Assembly (NCBI GenBank): GCA_043228905.1 | Contig: JBHGNT010000015.1 | Coordinates: 10,292,001-10,356,000, forward strand | Length of the DNA stretch: 64,000 nucleotides | Reading direction: 5' to 3' | Source of the DNA: Azolla caroliniana | Taxonomy: Eukaryota > Plantae > Polypodiophyta | Shown: piece by piece, positions 47,105 through 59,400 of the stretch | Layout: every line of letters starts with the position of its first letter | How positions within the stretch are numbered: position 1 is the first letter of the stretch | Notes under the pieces: generated by a model | The model's database searches: none | What the model saw: only the letters and a program-made list of their open reading frames with translations | Told to the model about the DNA's origin: nothing | Translations under genes and position numbers: made by a program

Positions 47105-50100
47105 ATGTATGAAGTCATCGCGAACTTCAGTCAAGGGCTCGAGCCGGATCGGACGGCCCGAGTTAGCACGAAGTACAAGACTGTGGACCGGAAGGTAAGG
47201 CCAGTCGCGGCACCCTTACCGGAGGGCAACGAGTCCCGAATCAGAGGGGTTGCGTCGGACCCCAGTTTGCGAGATCCGGTCTGCATAGGACACACCTTCA
47301 CCGACGAGACGCTCCGGGAGCTCAAAATCGGTGGGGGTGGGTTCCTACTGCCGGCGGAGGAAGACCGGTTTCGGAGAATGCTCGGAAGGCACAGGAAAGC
47401 CTTCGCATTCTCACCGGAAGAGATCGGGTGCGTAGACCCAACAATCGTGGAGCCGATGGTGATATTCACGGTACCGCATGTACCGTGGAATCTCAAGCCG
47501 ATTCCGGTAGTAAGAGCTCACATCCCGAAGTTGATGGAGCTACTGAGGCAGAAAGTCGATATGGGCATTCTCGAACCGTCGAGTGCCCCATACTCGAACC
47601 GATGGTTTACCGTACCGAAGAAAAACGGAACATTGCGCTTCATTCAAGACCTGCAGCCGGTCAACAGAGTGACCATTCGGAACGCAGGAATCAGACCGAC
47701 CATAGACGAGTTCGCGGAGGCCTTCGTCGGAAGGTCGATTTACTCAGTCGGTGATCTGTACTCAGGGTACGACCAGTTCCAGCTAGCCGTGGAGAGCAGA
47801 GACATTACGACGATGCGAACTCCCCTCGGCCTAGTGCGAATGTGTACCCTACCACATGGAGGGACTAACTCGGTGGCCCACATGGTGAATGCAATGAACA
47901 AGGTACTGAGGGATTGCATCCCGGACGTCACCATGCCGTTTCTAGACGACATCTTGATCAAGGGGTGCTCGGTGGAAGAGAAGGACGAGACACTCGGGCC
48001 GGACGGATGCCGGCGATTCGTGGCAGCACACATCGACGACTGCAAGAAGGTGCTACAAAGGCTAGAGGATGCGAGGCTCACCTTCTCCGGGGAGAAATCG
48101 GCCTTCGGGCAATCAGAAATCCTGGTGGTCGGACACCTATGTGGACCATATGGCCGGAAGCCGTCTCCGGCAAAGGTAGAAGCCATCTCCGCGATGAAGA
48201 CCGACTGTAGCTCGGTTACGGAAGTTCGGAGGTTCCTGGGGGCGTGCGCGTTCTACCACATATGGATCCCGCATTACGCCCACGTTGCGGAGCCGCTATA
48301 CGGGTTGCTGAAGAAGGGACGAAAATTCGAGTGGCGAGACGAGCACACGGAGTCGGTCCGGAAGCTGAAGGAAGCTCTTGCGGCAGCACCGGCGCTCCGG
48401 AAGGCTGTCTACGAGAAGGGTACCTCGGTATGCATAACGGTGGATACGAGCCCGACCGGGATCGGATGGGTCATCAACCAAGAAGACAAGGACGGCATTC
48501 GGTTTCCGATCCGATTCGGCGCGAAGGTCCTCAGTGAGCGACAGCGAGGGTACGCCCAGGTTAAACGCGAACTCTGGGGTATCGTTTCGGCAGTAAAGGC
48601 CGACAAAGACTACCTGATCGGGACAGAAGTGGTTATCGAGACGCATTGCCTGCCAATTCTCGGCATGGTTTCCGGATGCGCGACACCGGACCTGGTGATG
48701 CTCAGGTGGATAGCGTACATCAAGTCCCTGGACCCGGAAATACGACACTTTTCCGGAAAGGACAACGCCATGGCCGACATGCTTTCGAGGGCGAGGTTTG
48801 ATGACGAGGGCGGCATGGTTTCGGAGGACGAAGAAGTCGGCGTGGACTTCTTCGAGGCAGTGTACGTGACGACCGATGGGACGAGCACTCCGGCGCTTAA
48901 CGGCTTCGACGAGAGCAAGTACGACGGCAAGTGGCTACAGATCGGTGGGTTCTTAAGGACCATGACGCCGGATGCGTCATGGACGAGGGACGAGACTAGC
49001 CGGATCTGGAAGAAAGCATACCGATTCTTTCTCCGGGACGGATACTTATGGAAGCACCCGAAGAAAAGGAACGGCGTCCCGCTCCGGGTGGTGGCGATGA
49101 AGGAAGAACAGGAGGAGCTGCTGACGGCCTACCACGACAGCCCTTGGGCTGGACACCGTGGAACGTGGGCCACGTTCGAGAAGATAAAGGGGAAGTACTG
49201 GTGGCCGGGACTGTACCGGGATGTGCATCGGTTCGTGACAACTTGCGAGAGCTGTCAGATGCACTCCGTAGTCCGACATCGGGACGAGCTTCACCCTACG
49301 TACCCTCCGACCATCCACTTCAAATGGATGGTAGATCTCGTGACGATGCCGATGGGAGTAGGACAGATGTGGTATCTGGTCCTGGCTCGGGAAGATCTGA
49401 CGAACCAGGTGGAAGGCCGAGCCCTTCAGAACAAAACGACCGCGGCCGAATGTCGGTTTCTGATCGAGGACGTGATATGCCGGTACGGATGCGTCAGGAA
49501 GATCGTGGCTGATCGCGGGGAGTTGGACGCCGAAGAGGCCGAGGAGCTGTTCGACCGGCTAGGAGTCAAGCTCTCGCTCACCACTGCATACAATCCGGAG
49601 GCGAATGGGAAGGTGGAGCGCAGACACGGACCGATCGTCAAGGCGTTAGTTTGGGCATGCGGAGGTCAAGTCGGGAACTGGCCGCGGCTGTTGCCTTACG
49701 CATTGTGGGCGGACCGAACTACGCACAGTTCGGTAACCGGATTCATGCCGGCAGAGCTCATGTTTGGGCAGAAGCCAATCATGCCGATGGAACGTACGAT
49801 CTCCTCCTGGGCAACCGTGGACTGGAGAGACGAGATGAGCCGGGAGGAACTGTTGACGGCGCGCATACGGCAGCTCGAGCGAAGACCGGAGGATGTGGAG
49901 CAGGTTGCGGAAAAGCTTCGGGTGGCAAGGACGAGGAACAAAGCCCGGTTCGACCGGACGCACCGGCTCCGACCGAAGAAGATCGAGGAAGGCGACTGGG
50001 TGCTAGTCTACGACAGCAGCCTCGACAACCAGCACCAAGCGACACGGAAGTTCGCAAGAAGGTGGTTCGGGCCTTACGTGGTACAAAGCGCCAACGACAA

Positions 50101-50269
50101 TGGGATGTACCATCTAGCGAAACTCGACGGCACGAGAATGGCGATACCGGTAGCTGGGAAACGGATCAAAGCGTTCAAAAAGCGTCACGACGACGAGCCG
50201 GATCCGGTTAACCTGGACCAGGACGACGAACGATCCGAAACCGAAGAAGAACCGACGGGCGGGGAATAA
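47105..50269 (+). CDS. pol: Gypsy C pol (RT-RH-IN), 1054 aa open; cut off from the gag junction by a stop at ~47102
   Basis: DLYSGYDQF, FLDD, VDTS, HHCC, WMVDLV, DRG and GPY motifs. Confidence 0.92.
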   Translation: MYEVIANFSQGLEPDRTARVSTKYKTVDRKVRPVAAPLPEGNESRIRGVASDPSLRDPVCIGHTFTDETLRELKIGGGGFLLPAEEDRFRRMLGRHRKAFAFSPEEIGCVDPTIVEPMVIFTVPHVPWNLKPIPVVRAHIPKLMELLRQKVDMGILEPSSAPYSNRWFTVPKKNGTLRFIQDLQPVNRVTIRNAGIRPTIDEFAEAFVGRSIYSVGDLYSGYDQFQLAVESRDITTMRTPLGLVRMCTLPHGGTNSVAHMVNAMNKVLRDCIPDVTMPFLDDILIKGCSVEEKDETLGPDGCRRFVAAHIDDCKKVLQRLEDARLTFSGEKSAFGQSEILVVGHLCGPYGRKPSPAKVEAISAMKTDCSSVTEVRRFLGACAFYHIWIPHYAHVAEPLYGLLKKGRKFEWRDEHTESVRKLKEALAAAPALRKAVYEKGTSVCITVDTSPTGIGWVINQEDKDGIRFPIRFGAKVLSERQRGYAQVKRELWGIVSAVKADKDYLIGTEVVIETHCLPILGMVSGCATPDLVMLRWIAYIKSLDPEIRHFSGKDNAMADMLSRARFDDEGGMVSEDEEVGVDFFEAVYVTTDGTSTPALNGFDESKYDGKWLQIGGFLRTMTPDASWTRDETSRIWKKAYRFFLRDGYLWKHPKKRNGVPLRVVAMKEEQEELLTAYHDSPWAGHRGTWATFEKIKGKYWWPGLYRDVHRFVTTCESCQMHSVVRHRDELHPTYPPTIHFKWMVDLVTMPMGVGQMWYLVLAREDLTNQVEGRALQNKTTAAECRFLIEDVICRYGCVRKIVADRGELDAEEAEELFDRLGVKLSLTTAYNPEANGKVERRHGPIVKALVWACGGQVGNWPRLLPYALWADRTTHSSVTGFMPAELMFGQKPIMPMERTISSWATVDWRDEMSREELLTARIRQLERRPEDVEQVAEKLRVARTRNKARFDRTHRLRPKKIEEGDWVLVYDSSLDNQHQATRKFARRWFGPYVVQSANDNGMYHLAKLDGTRMAIPVAGKRIKAFKKRHDDEPDPVNLDQDDERSETEEEPTGGE

Positions 50270-51206
50270 AGGCTGGACCGGTTTTCTCCGTCCCAACTCA
50301 ATTTGGCGCATGCCGGTGGATGCGCGGTTAGGTGGGGGCGGATGTCGTGAAGAAAACCGTCCACAAGCGGAATCGGTGCACCGGAGCGTAGGAACCAGCT
50401 CTTCATGCCCGTTCGCCTTATATTGTACATAAGGGAGAATTAGGTACATATGAGATCCTAGGTAGGTAGATTTAGTGGGTAGGAAGTAAAGGAGAAACGG
50501 CTCCTTCCTTGCCTATAAAAGGAGGGAGACGAGAAGGGGGAGAGGATCACGTTTTAGAGAGGGGACGAAGTGTTGTCGGGTTGTTGACCGAAGGCTTCTC
50601 TCTCTTCCATACTCGGCAGCTTCTTTCTGTGCAGGTTTTCGGGAGGCTCGCGCTGCTCTGAGGAATGCCCGAGTGCTTCCGGCAGCACCTCCAACCTACT
50701 TCTTTCTTTCTGTGCGTTTACGAACAGGCATCGGCATCTGCTCGCCGGCCTGCTCGGTTGTAACCGACTTCGTGTTTTTGTTGTTTGCCTCTGTTAATAT
50801 ATACTTACATACATTCGTGTCTCTCTGTGTTGCTGTCGCACTCGCGTCTCTGTGTCGAAGGGCCGTGCCCCTGTGAATCTACATTCGCACCTTGTGGGTC
50901 TCTTCCCCTCTCCTTTCTCTCTTGCTCTTCGGTACAAGACCCCCGAGGTCCCGCCTCGTTCCACGCGTCCGCGAGGAATACTTCGACAACGTTCTATCTT
51001 ATCTCAATCTCTCTCTCTTTCAATCTATCTTAATTCCTTTCCCGCTAAAGCTTGTGCAAACTTCGTGTCCTTCCGGACCAGAACCCCGGCGGTTCCGCCT
51101 CGCAATCCGCGCCTACCGACGGATCTTCACGACATAATTAAGTGGTGAACCCGACGTGAAAGAGGTGGTAGGAAGGATCAAGTCGAGGATCAACCGATAC
51201 TTGGAG

Positions 51207-53297
51207 ATGGCATCCTCAAGCAATCAAGTGGGAGAGCTCGAAAGGATGATGCTAATCGTCGAGCAAATGGTGAGATCTCGGGATAACGAAGTAAGCGTGG
51301 AGAAGGCTGTCGATCGTGTCGTAGAGCTCGAGGGCCAATTCGATGGAAGGAACATTACGAAGTTCCTTGATGCATATAGAAGGGAGATGAATTAGAGGGA
51401 CGTGTCCGAAGCACGTCAAATCGCAAGCTTCAAGAGAGTTGTCACCAACAACGTTCAAAGACGCGTCATCGAACTTCAAGAAGGTAAGACAACATGGTCT
51501 GAGTTCGAGAAAACAATATTAGAGGAGTTCACGACTGAAGACTCAACAAGGATGACTCGACATGCCCTGATGAAGTGGATAGAGAAGAAGAATAGGAAGA
51601 TGAGCGCCTCGAGGGTGTACAGCGAATTTGACCAGATGTTTGGTCGTCTCCCCAACATAGATCAAGTGCTACTTGAAGAGGACAAGACTTTATACTTCTT
51701 AAAAGCTGTGGACATGAAGGATAGAAGAGAGTTGGGGACTCTCCTCGAAGATGATACCCAAGCGAACGGGCTTGTGGCGGACTAGGTTGCGGTGAAGCAA
51801 GCATGCAACAAGATCGATAGACGTCGTCGATGGCTTGATGGTATTGACTTGGTAAGGCTGATCATAGAGGAAGCAAAACCATCCAAAGAAGTAGAGAAGC
51901 CTAAACAATGCATGCAACATGAAAAGAAGATTGATGATGAGTCGAGGACGATGATGACCATTTCAGAGGAAAAATGTTTCAGAACATGTGTCGTGTTCGA
52001 AACAAAGAATGATGAAGGAGCAAGCCTAATTGAAGCTTGCATTAAAGGAGATAAAGAGTGCGAGATCGACATGATAGAGGATCTAGCCACTAAAATCGAG
52101 GAGGTGGCTAGGAGCAAGACAACAAGAGTCGACAACGACCATGGCGAGATTTTCTCCGCACCTGTACTAGAGACTTGGGCAGTTGCGTCCGCTAACCAAC
52201 GTGAGACCCAAGAGACGGGAGGTGGCGGCAAAGAACCAAAGGTTGAAGCTAAAGAGAGAAGGATAATCGAAGCTTGTTCGATCAAGAGAGTCAATGGGTG
52301 CGAGACCCATGAGATTGAAGAGATAGCCACGAAAAACGACATCGAGTTGGAGAGGGCTATGAACGAGTCAATGGCGATTGGTCCTGTTGAGACTTTCCCA
52401 CTGCTAACTCCAAAGAATTCGGCGGTTGCGATCGAAAGGCAACGTGAGACCGAAGAGACGGAAGATAGAGGAGAGACAACAAAGATCAAAGCCAATGTAT
52501 ATGATGAAGGGATAGCCAAGGAGGCTATGGATGAAACGACGGAGGAAGGTAATACTAAGGAATCCGGCCCACTAATTCTAGAGACTTCGGCGGATGTGTC
52601 CGACAACCAACGTGAGACCGGAGAGACGGATGGTAGAAAAAAGGAAGAGAAGGACAAAGATAGTACAAACAATGACGACGACCAAATTTCCTCCACACTC
52701 TTTCCAGAGACTTGGGCAATTGCGTCCGAGAACTGATGTAAGACCCAAGAGATGGGAGGTGATGGCGAAGAACCGAAGGCCGAAACTAATACATGCAGCA
52801 AAAGTTGGAAGCTAGCGGCGAGGAAGCAAAGGTCAATGCTAATTCGCGCAACGACGACAAGGAAGCAAAGATCAACGCTGATTCAAGAAACATTAAGATG
52901 GAAATGGCAAAGTGCGACACGAAAAAGGCAAACGACGGAAATGTATGGGTCCCTCCACACTCTTTCCGGAGACTTGGGCTTTAACCAATGTAAGACCCAA
53001 GAGAAGGATAATGACGGGGAAGAAGTAAGGGTTAAAGCTGATGCGTGCAACGAAGAATTTGCGCAAAATATGGCAAGGGATGGCGATGGCCAAGCGAGCC
53101 ATGAGGATTTGACGGATGTGATCAAAACATCTATCAAAGACACTACTGTGAATGAGTCCAATTGCCTTGAGCAAGGAGACGATCGAGACAAAGGCGGAAC
53201 ATTTATGAGACTTAAACGATTATCCTCAGGAAGGGAGCACTCAGGAAGGGAGCAAGGGGCCATGAAAACAAGTCTCATAAATGTTCCGCCTTTGTAA
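51207..53297 (+). pseudogene. Gypsy D gag N-terminus fused to an acidic repetitive ORF
   Basis: Matches B gag to about LDG, then Glu/Thr-rich repeats (ETWAVASANQRETQE-like). Confidence 0.7.
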
Positions 53298-54557
53298 AGG
53301 AAAAGGCGAATGATATGGTGGATTGGATGGCAACCATGATTCGAGTGTAAAGGAAAGGACATGCTCGACGTGGAGGAGTCATGCTGATCACCATTGCCGA
53401 AATCTCACTTTCTCTCTTCTTGGCACGTACCGAAGGACGCGCAGTTTGGTGGGGGTGGATGTCGTGAAGATTTTCGGCAATGGTGTGAAAATCACATAAA
53501 ACGTACAAAATCGAGTGTGAATCACATAAAAGAATAATAGTGAATTATCTAAGTACAAAATGATGGAGGTCCTCAAGAGCTTTTGAATGCACTTTATTAC
53601 ACGAGAAATGGACAACTAGATGTCAAGATATAAGGGTATGAAGTTTGTGAAAGGAAAAGAGAAAACTGTGAGATATCCCACATAGGCACGACAAATACGG
53701 CTCTCATAAGGTAGATCATAAGCTATTATCTTTGTGTCTATCTTTATCATAAGGCGAGCCGGTGGAACCGACATCCGGCGGTGCACCGACGAGGCGGCAG
53801 CCACCAGTAACCGGGGGCATCCAGCGTCAACGAGGCGACGGAATCCGGCGCCACACCGGCGCCAGCGAGGCAGTAGCCACTGGTAACCGGCGGCATCCGG
53901 TGACAGCATTCGGCGAACCGGCGACTACATAAATAAATACTCGTCGACGGCATCCGGCGCCAGCGAGGCAGTAGCCACCGGTAACCGGCGGCATCCGGTG
54001 ACGGCATTCGGCGAACCGGCGACTAGATAAATAAATATATAAATATATATACACATACAAGGAGGGCAAGTAAGGATTCGAACCTTGCACCTCCAAGTTA
54101 GAAATCAATTGGCTTACCACTAAGCCAAGATATTTAGTTGAAATTATATTTCTATCATTGTACTTTTACATATAAATTCTCGGCAAACATGCATTTTATG
54201 CATGTCTTGAACCCTCAAATGCATGAGGGCATCTATAAAAGAAGGAATGAAAAAGATCAATGGGGGATTTTCTGGGGATAAAAGAAAGCTTTGTACTTTA
54301 AATCAAAATTAATTTTAAGAAGAAAATTCGTTATCCTTTTGATGATATACCTTGTTCTTGAAATCTAAAGTCAAGAGTTCTTAATCTCTCTCTCAATCTA
54401 AAATCAAGCGTTCTATCTTATCTCAATCTCTCTCTCTTTCAATCTATCTTAATTCCTTTCCCGCTAAAGCTTGTGCAAACTTCGAGTTCTTCTGGTCCAA
54501 AACCTCGGCGGTTCGACCTCACGATCCGCGCCTACTGACGGATCTTCATGAAAACGT

Positions 54558-54908
54558 GTCATTAGTTTACAACGTGAGACTAATAGAGCTGATGAGCGAC
54601 AGGGTGAACCATCATTTGTCGTTAAGCTATTTACGGGAGAAAAAAAGGAAAGAACCAATGAAGCAATCTACACGTGGTTGGTCCGATGGTTGTCTCATTT
54701 TGAGCTCTATCCCACGCCAGATAGTACAAAGATTGCATATGTCGGCCGAGAACTAGGGGCTAAGGTTGCCGCCTGGTGGCGTGGGATCCGTACTTTGGGG
54801 AAATTGCCCGATACTTGGATAGATTTTGTCACAATTTTTAAGGGCCAATTTCTACAACCTCCCTCTCGAACCGAGGCAGCTCAAGCTTTAATGAACCTCC
54901 CTCTCTAG
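54558..54908 (+). pseudogene. Retrotransposon gag remnant that was the target of D (N-terminal part ~42767-42935)
   Basis: KIAYV..L..AAWW..DTWIDF..FKGQF Retrotrans_gag-like pattern; resumes after the TSD. Confidence 0.65.
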
Positions 54909-55180
54909 CAGGAAAATTTCTTCGCTGGTATGGGACGGCGGTGGTATGGGATGCTAATCGAGCTGAGTCCATCTCGATCCCTTCGTTCGGGCGTGATCGG
55001 GTGGATCGGCACCCTTCTTTCTCTCTCTCCTTTCTATCTAGATATATATCTTTTATCCTTATTTTATGCTTACATTAGTTCATGTCTCTAATATTCTTAC
55101 ATTAGTTCATGTCTCAAATATTCGCCCAAATCATGCGAGGAACAAGCAAGAGCTTCGTGATCATTTGATACCAAAAGAAT

Positions 55181-56238
55181 GTGATGATTTTGATAATTAG
55201 GTTTTTTATTTGGATTGTTGCAAATGAGGGTTGCAATAGTCCCATTATTAGAAGACCGTCACGTAGGGCATTACAACATATGAATAAGTTATTTCATGTT
55301 TCTGAAAGTGGTGCTATATGTGTGACTAGGATGTATGAATGCAAGAGGAACTTGAAAAAGAATGCTAATTTGTTTCAACAAGCATTGAAGGATAATGGAG
55401 TACTTGAAATGGAAGTGCATGTTGAAAGTGTTATGGAAGAAATTTCTTTTGCAAATGCTATAGAAGAGTTAGAAATGTATTTGAAAGAAGATGATGAGAG
55501 TGTTAGAAAGATACATGTAAACTCAATTGATATGTATTATGAGATTGATAGGTATAATTGTGAATATGAAGAAGTAGATACAAAATACAAACCAATAGAT
55601 AAAAAGGTCAAACCTACTGCAGTACCATTACCTATTGGTAGTGAAGAGAAGATGGAGGCAACAACAACCAAGCCTATGCTTCGACCAATAGAGAAGATCA
55701 GACATCACTTCATTTCTGAGACAATAAATAACTTGAGAATCAGAGGGGGTGAATTTCTTCTGCAATCAGAGATCGCGACTTTCAAAGAAATGATCTTTAG
55801 GCATGGGAAAGCATTTGCATTCAAAGTTGAGGAGATTGGTTGTGTAGATCCAAAGGCGGTGACGCCAATGGTAATATTTACTATCCCTTATATTCCTTGG
55901 AATTTTAAACCCATTGCAGTACCGAGAGCTCAATTACCTCAATTGTTGGAGCTGCTGAAGGATAAAGTCAAGATGAAGATTTTAGAGCCTTCAAATGCAC
56001 TATACTCCAATAGATCAACATGAAGATGAAAGATTGTCGGAGGATGTGCATGTCTAGTGGGGGTGGATGTTGTGAAGTACGAAAGCTTCACATTAGAAGT
56101 CTACAATAAGATAAATACGTACCTAATATAAAATAAATCTTGATAATATGGTATACATAAAGATAATATTAACGACACACTATGATAATATTATACATTA
56201 TATGTAGAGGCAAATAAAAACGACACACTATGATAATA
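55181..56238 (+). mobile_element. Deleted Trp-family Gypsy remnant: pol N-terminus, PPT (~56057) and LTR start (~56068)
   Basis: TKYKPIDKKVKP..HGKAFAF..PMVIFTIP..ILEPSNA; GTGGGGGTGGA followed by TGTTGTGAAG. Confidence 0.75.
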
Positions 56239-56491
56239 TTTTTTTTTCCAAAAACATCTACTTCCATTAGTTAAGAATGTACAAAGGAAACATTTACAAC
56301 TCATATCTTACAAGACATCTTGCATGTCAAAGGAAAACAATGTGTAGATGAAACAACATAAAAAACAACTCCAAAACACCACATCATTCTATGTGTATAG
56401 CATTACTCGAACACATATTCTCCACGTGAGCCTCATACAAAACAGAATTCAGCATAGATGTCCTCCATTCGCTCCTCATGGCAGCACCCAT

Positions 56492-59400
56492 CTAGATGTT
56501 AGGAACACTTGGAGGGAACAGCCACCGCGGTGGTTGATAATTCCACTTCACTTTACCATCCATTATCTGCAACATCAACGAACCGCTCCATTTCCGAAGG
56601 AATCGAGCTCTAACTTCTTCACTTGCATCAGATGGCCCTTGAAGACTTTCAAACTCACCTCGCAACGTAGAAATAAGATTAAACCATATCATCATTAAAT
56701 TCTCAGCCGGTGGGGTTCGTTTACCTGCGAGGGTCTCCTTGCACCGAGATACCCACACTTGCCAGACCGTAAGGCCGACCACTAATACCCATATGTCCAC
56801 GTAGCGTTCTTGTAAGAAGAATAAACCTCCTTGCATTGCTGGTTTCACATATCCTTGCTTCACCATTAAAGAAGGACTGTTTCCATTCCACCCTTGAAAC
56901 CACGAGGCCGATTCAGTGGCCAGCCAAGTGATTGCTACGCTCGATACATGAACCTCAACCCCAAAACGAGCCAAGATTCTTAAGCTCCTCAGCCAGATTT
57001 CTTGCGCTCGTGGGTAGCACCACAAACAATGAGCAATGTCCTCCAAGATCGCACTACACGCCTTGCAACCACTCATGCCGCCTCTATTCCCAAGCCACTC
57101 TCCCGTTGGAACAACCCGATGGGTGATTAACCAGAAAAACACTTTGATCCGCTCGGGAAGGGATGAGTTCCATATCTTGCTCTTGGTTCTATCCACGAAG
57201 ACTGAATCGATAGCTGCATGGGTCCACTTGTTGGCACATTTCTCACGATACGAACCTAACTTTCTCCCCAAGTGCGTCGAGTATTCGACGAAACTTAGTG
57301 ATTTAGCTTGTTCTCCCTTCCACCTATATTCAACGGGATCCCATTCTACGCGCTCGAGAGGCTTGCCTTCAACCACGTACAAGATCCAATCCTCCTCGAC
57401 CTCTTCGACTGGTGGATTCACCTTCCATTTCTTTCCATGTCTTGCCACAATTCTAATAGGGTACCAGCCTGCACTTTCATCTAATAATCCCATCAGGACG
57501 GTCTTCCCACTCTTTCCTAGACCCCTGACATTGATAATATTTCCGGTACCATCACATTGTCCAGACCATTCACCCTCTTCCTCATTACCAATAGGAAGCG
57601 AGGAGACAGCTGTATTGACTACGTCAAGCATCTTTCTGCCATTTTTGACCTTTCCCATGTCTTCATATAATTGATCACGATTACTGTCGGCCAACCGCAG
57701 CCAATCAGCAACCGAGTGTATCCCTAGACAATGCAATATAGCCCACGGCATGCGCTTGCTTTGTCCAAGCATCATTCCTTCTGGCGATTGCACGGTCTCG
57801 TTCCACAATAGGGGTTGGCGCATCCATTCAGCACTAGTACTTGGACGATTTCAACTTAGATGCTCACGAAGCATACTCCACGCCTGCATCACTGACATAC
57901 AAGTACGATCAGCCAATCGGTTAGATTTCCTCAATTTTAAGTCCATGCAAAAAGGCCACGCTTTGTGTGACTTCCATTGCCCACCCAGTCTTGGACTCCA
58001 TAGAATGCTCCTATTATGTATCAATGTTTTCCATAACTCATCACCGGGTAGCAAGCTTCTTACCAATATCTTACATAACAATGCCTGACTCTGCAATCCA
58101 GGGTCAACCAATCCTAAACCCCCCTTACTCTTGGGAAGAATCAATGTGGACCATGATACTTTGGCTGCCGCATTGTCTTTCCTCATCCCAGCCCAAAGAA
58201 ATCCCCTAATACACGCTTTAACAGTACGAATAGCTTCCTTGTCAAACATCCACACATGAAACTGCATGCCATAATGTAGACAAAAGCACATGGTTAGCTA
58301 CTATGATCCTGCCAGCCAATGATAAGTTCATCCCTGACCAGTTGCGAATTTGTCACAGATTTTGCTTTGAATATGTTGCAGTTGAATTCCCTTGTCGATA
58401 TCTACCCCAATCCACGTTCCTAGATACCTAGTGGCTTCCCCGTTTGCAATCCATTTGAATTCAGCATTTGGCTTCCAAACAGGCTCGGGCTCCAAGCTGA
58501 TCCAAAAACCCTTGGACTTCTTCCAATTAATGGACGCTCCCGATGCCTTGCAAAAGAGCTCAATAGCACTCTGTGCCCTCTCAAGATTCGCTTCATTTCC
58601 TTGGAGGTATAGCATCGTATCGTCCGCGAACTCCGAATCCAGCAGGGACTTCCTTGCGTTAGGGATCGAAAGACCATGAAGATTTGCCCCTTGGCTATTA
58701 AAAAGGGCAGACATTGCTTCAGTAATAAAAAGGAAAAGAAAGGGGGCAAGAGGACAACCCTACCTGATGGATCGAGTAAGAATGATTTGAGCTCCTTTCC
58801 TCCCTGCAATCAGCACCTTACTCGAGCCATTGCTATATAAGGCTTGGGCAACACACCTCCATTCCAATGGTAGCTCAATGACCTTCATCACTTCTTCCAA
58901 GAAAGACCATTGCACTCGATCATAGGCTTTCTCGAAGTCGAGCATCAGACAGGCTAAGTTTTGATTGGTCACCTTCGCCGTTGCAACAACCTCCCAAAAC
59001 AAAATCACGTTGTCCATAATAGAACGATGCTCCATGAAACCAGTTTGATTGGATTGGATGATATCGCCTAGGAAGGGCTTGATTCTCTGCACTAATATGT
59101 TAGCAAAAATTTTATAAATTAGGTTTAAAATTGTAATGGGCCTCCATTGCTTAATCTCGTGCAGCGCAGTCTCCGATTTCGGAATCAAGTAGATCAAGCC
59201 TTCATTGAAGCTACTCGGCATCCGTCCTGTTATCCACATCTCTTGCAGTCTAGCTTTCAAGCTTGGAAAAATTTGCTCCCAAAACTCCTTGAAGAAGGCT
59301 TTGGGAAGACCGTCAGCACCAGGACAAGCCATACTCTGTATCTTATCTAGCCCCGCTACAATCTCTTCCTCCTCTATGGCTTTTGACAACTGTGCTTTAG

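Larger units (their letters stand above)
44003..50988 (+). mobile_element. Full-length Gypsy C (Trp-primed) inserted in the 5' LTR of D
   Basis: LTRs 44003-44647 and 50343-50988; PBS at 44651; PPT before 50343; TSD GTGT/ACGT versus empty site GCGT at ~54408. Confidence 0.95.
42936..54553 (+). mobile_element. Non-autonomous Gypsy D (relative of B): LTRs 42936-51134 (split by C) and 53460-54553, PBS at 51143, no pol
   Basis: LTR pair; PPT GGTGGGGGTGGA before 53460; TSD ATGT/ACGT; gag start MASSSNQ.. nearly identical to B. Confidence 0.88.

Noticed and set aside
44453-50449. Numerous overlapping and antisense ORFs in Gypsy C (and in A and B)
   Set aside because: Shadow ORFs of GC-rich coding sequence with no recognisable motifs.
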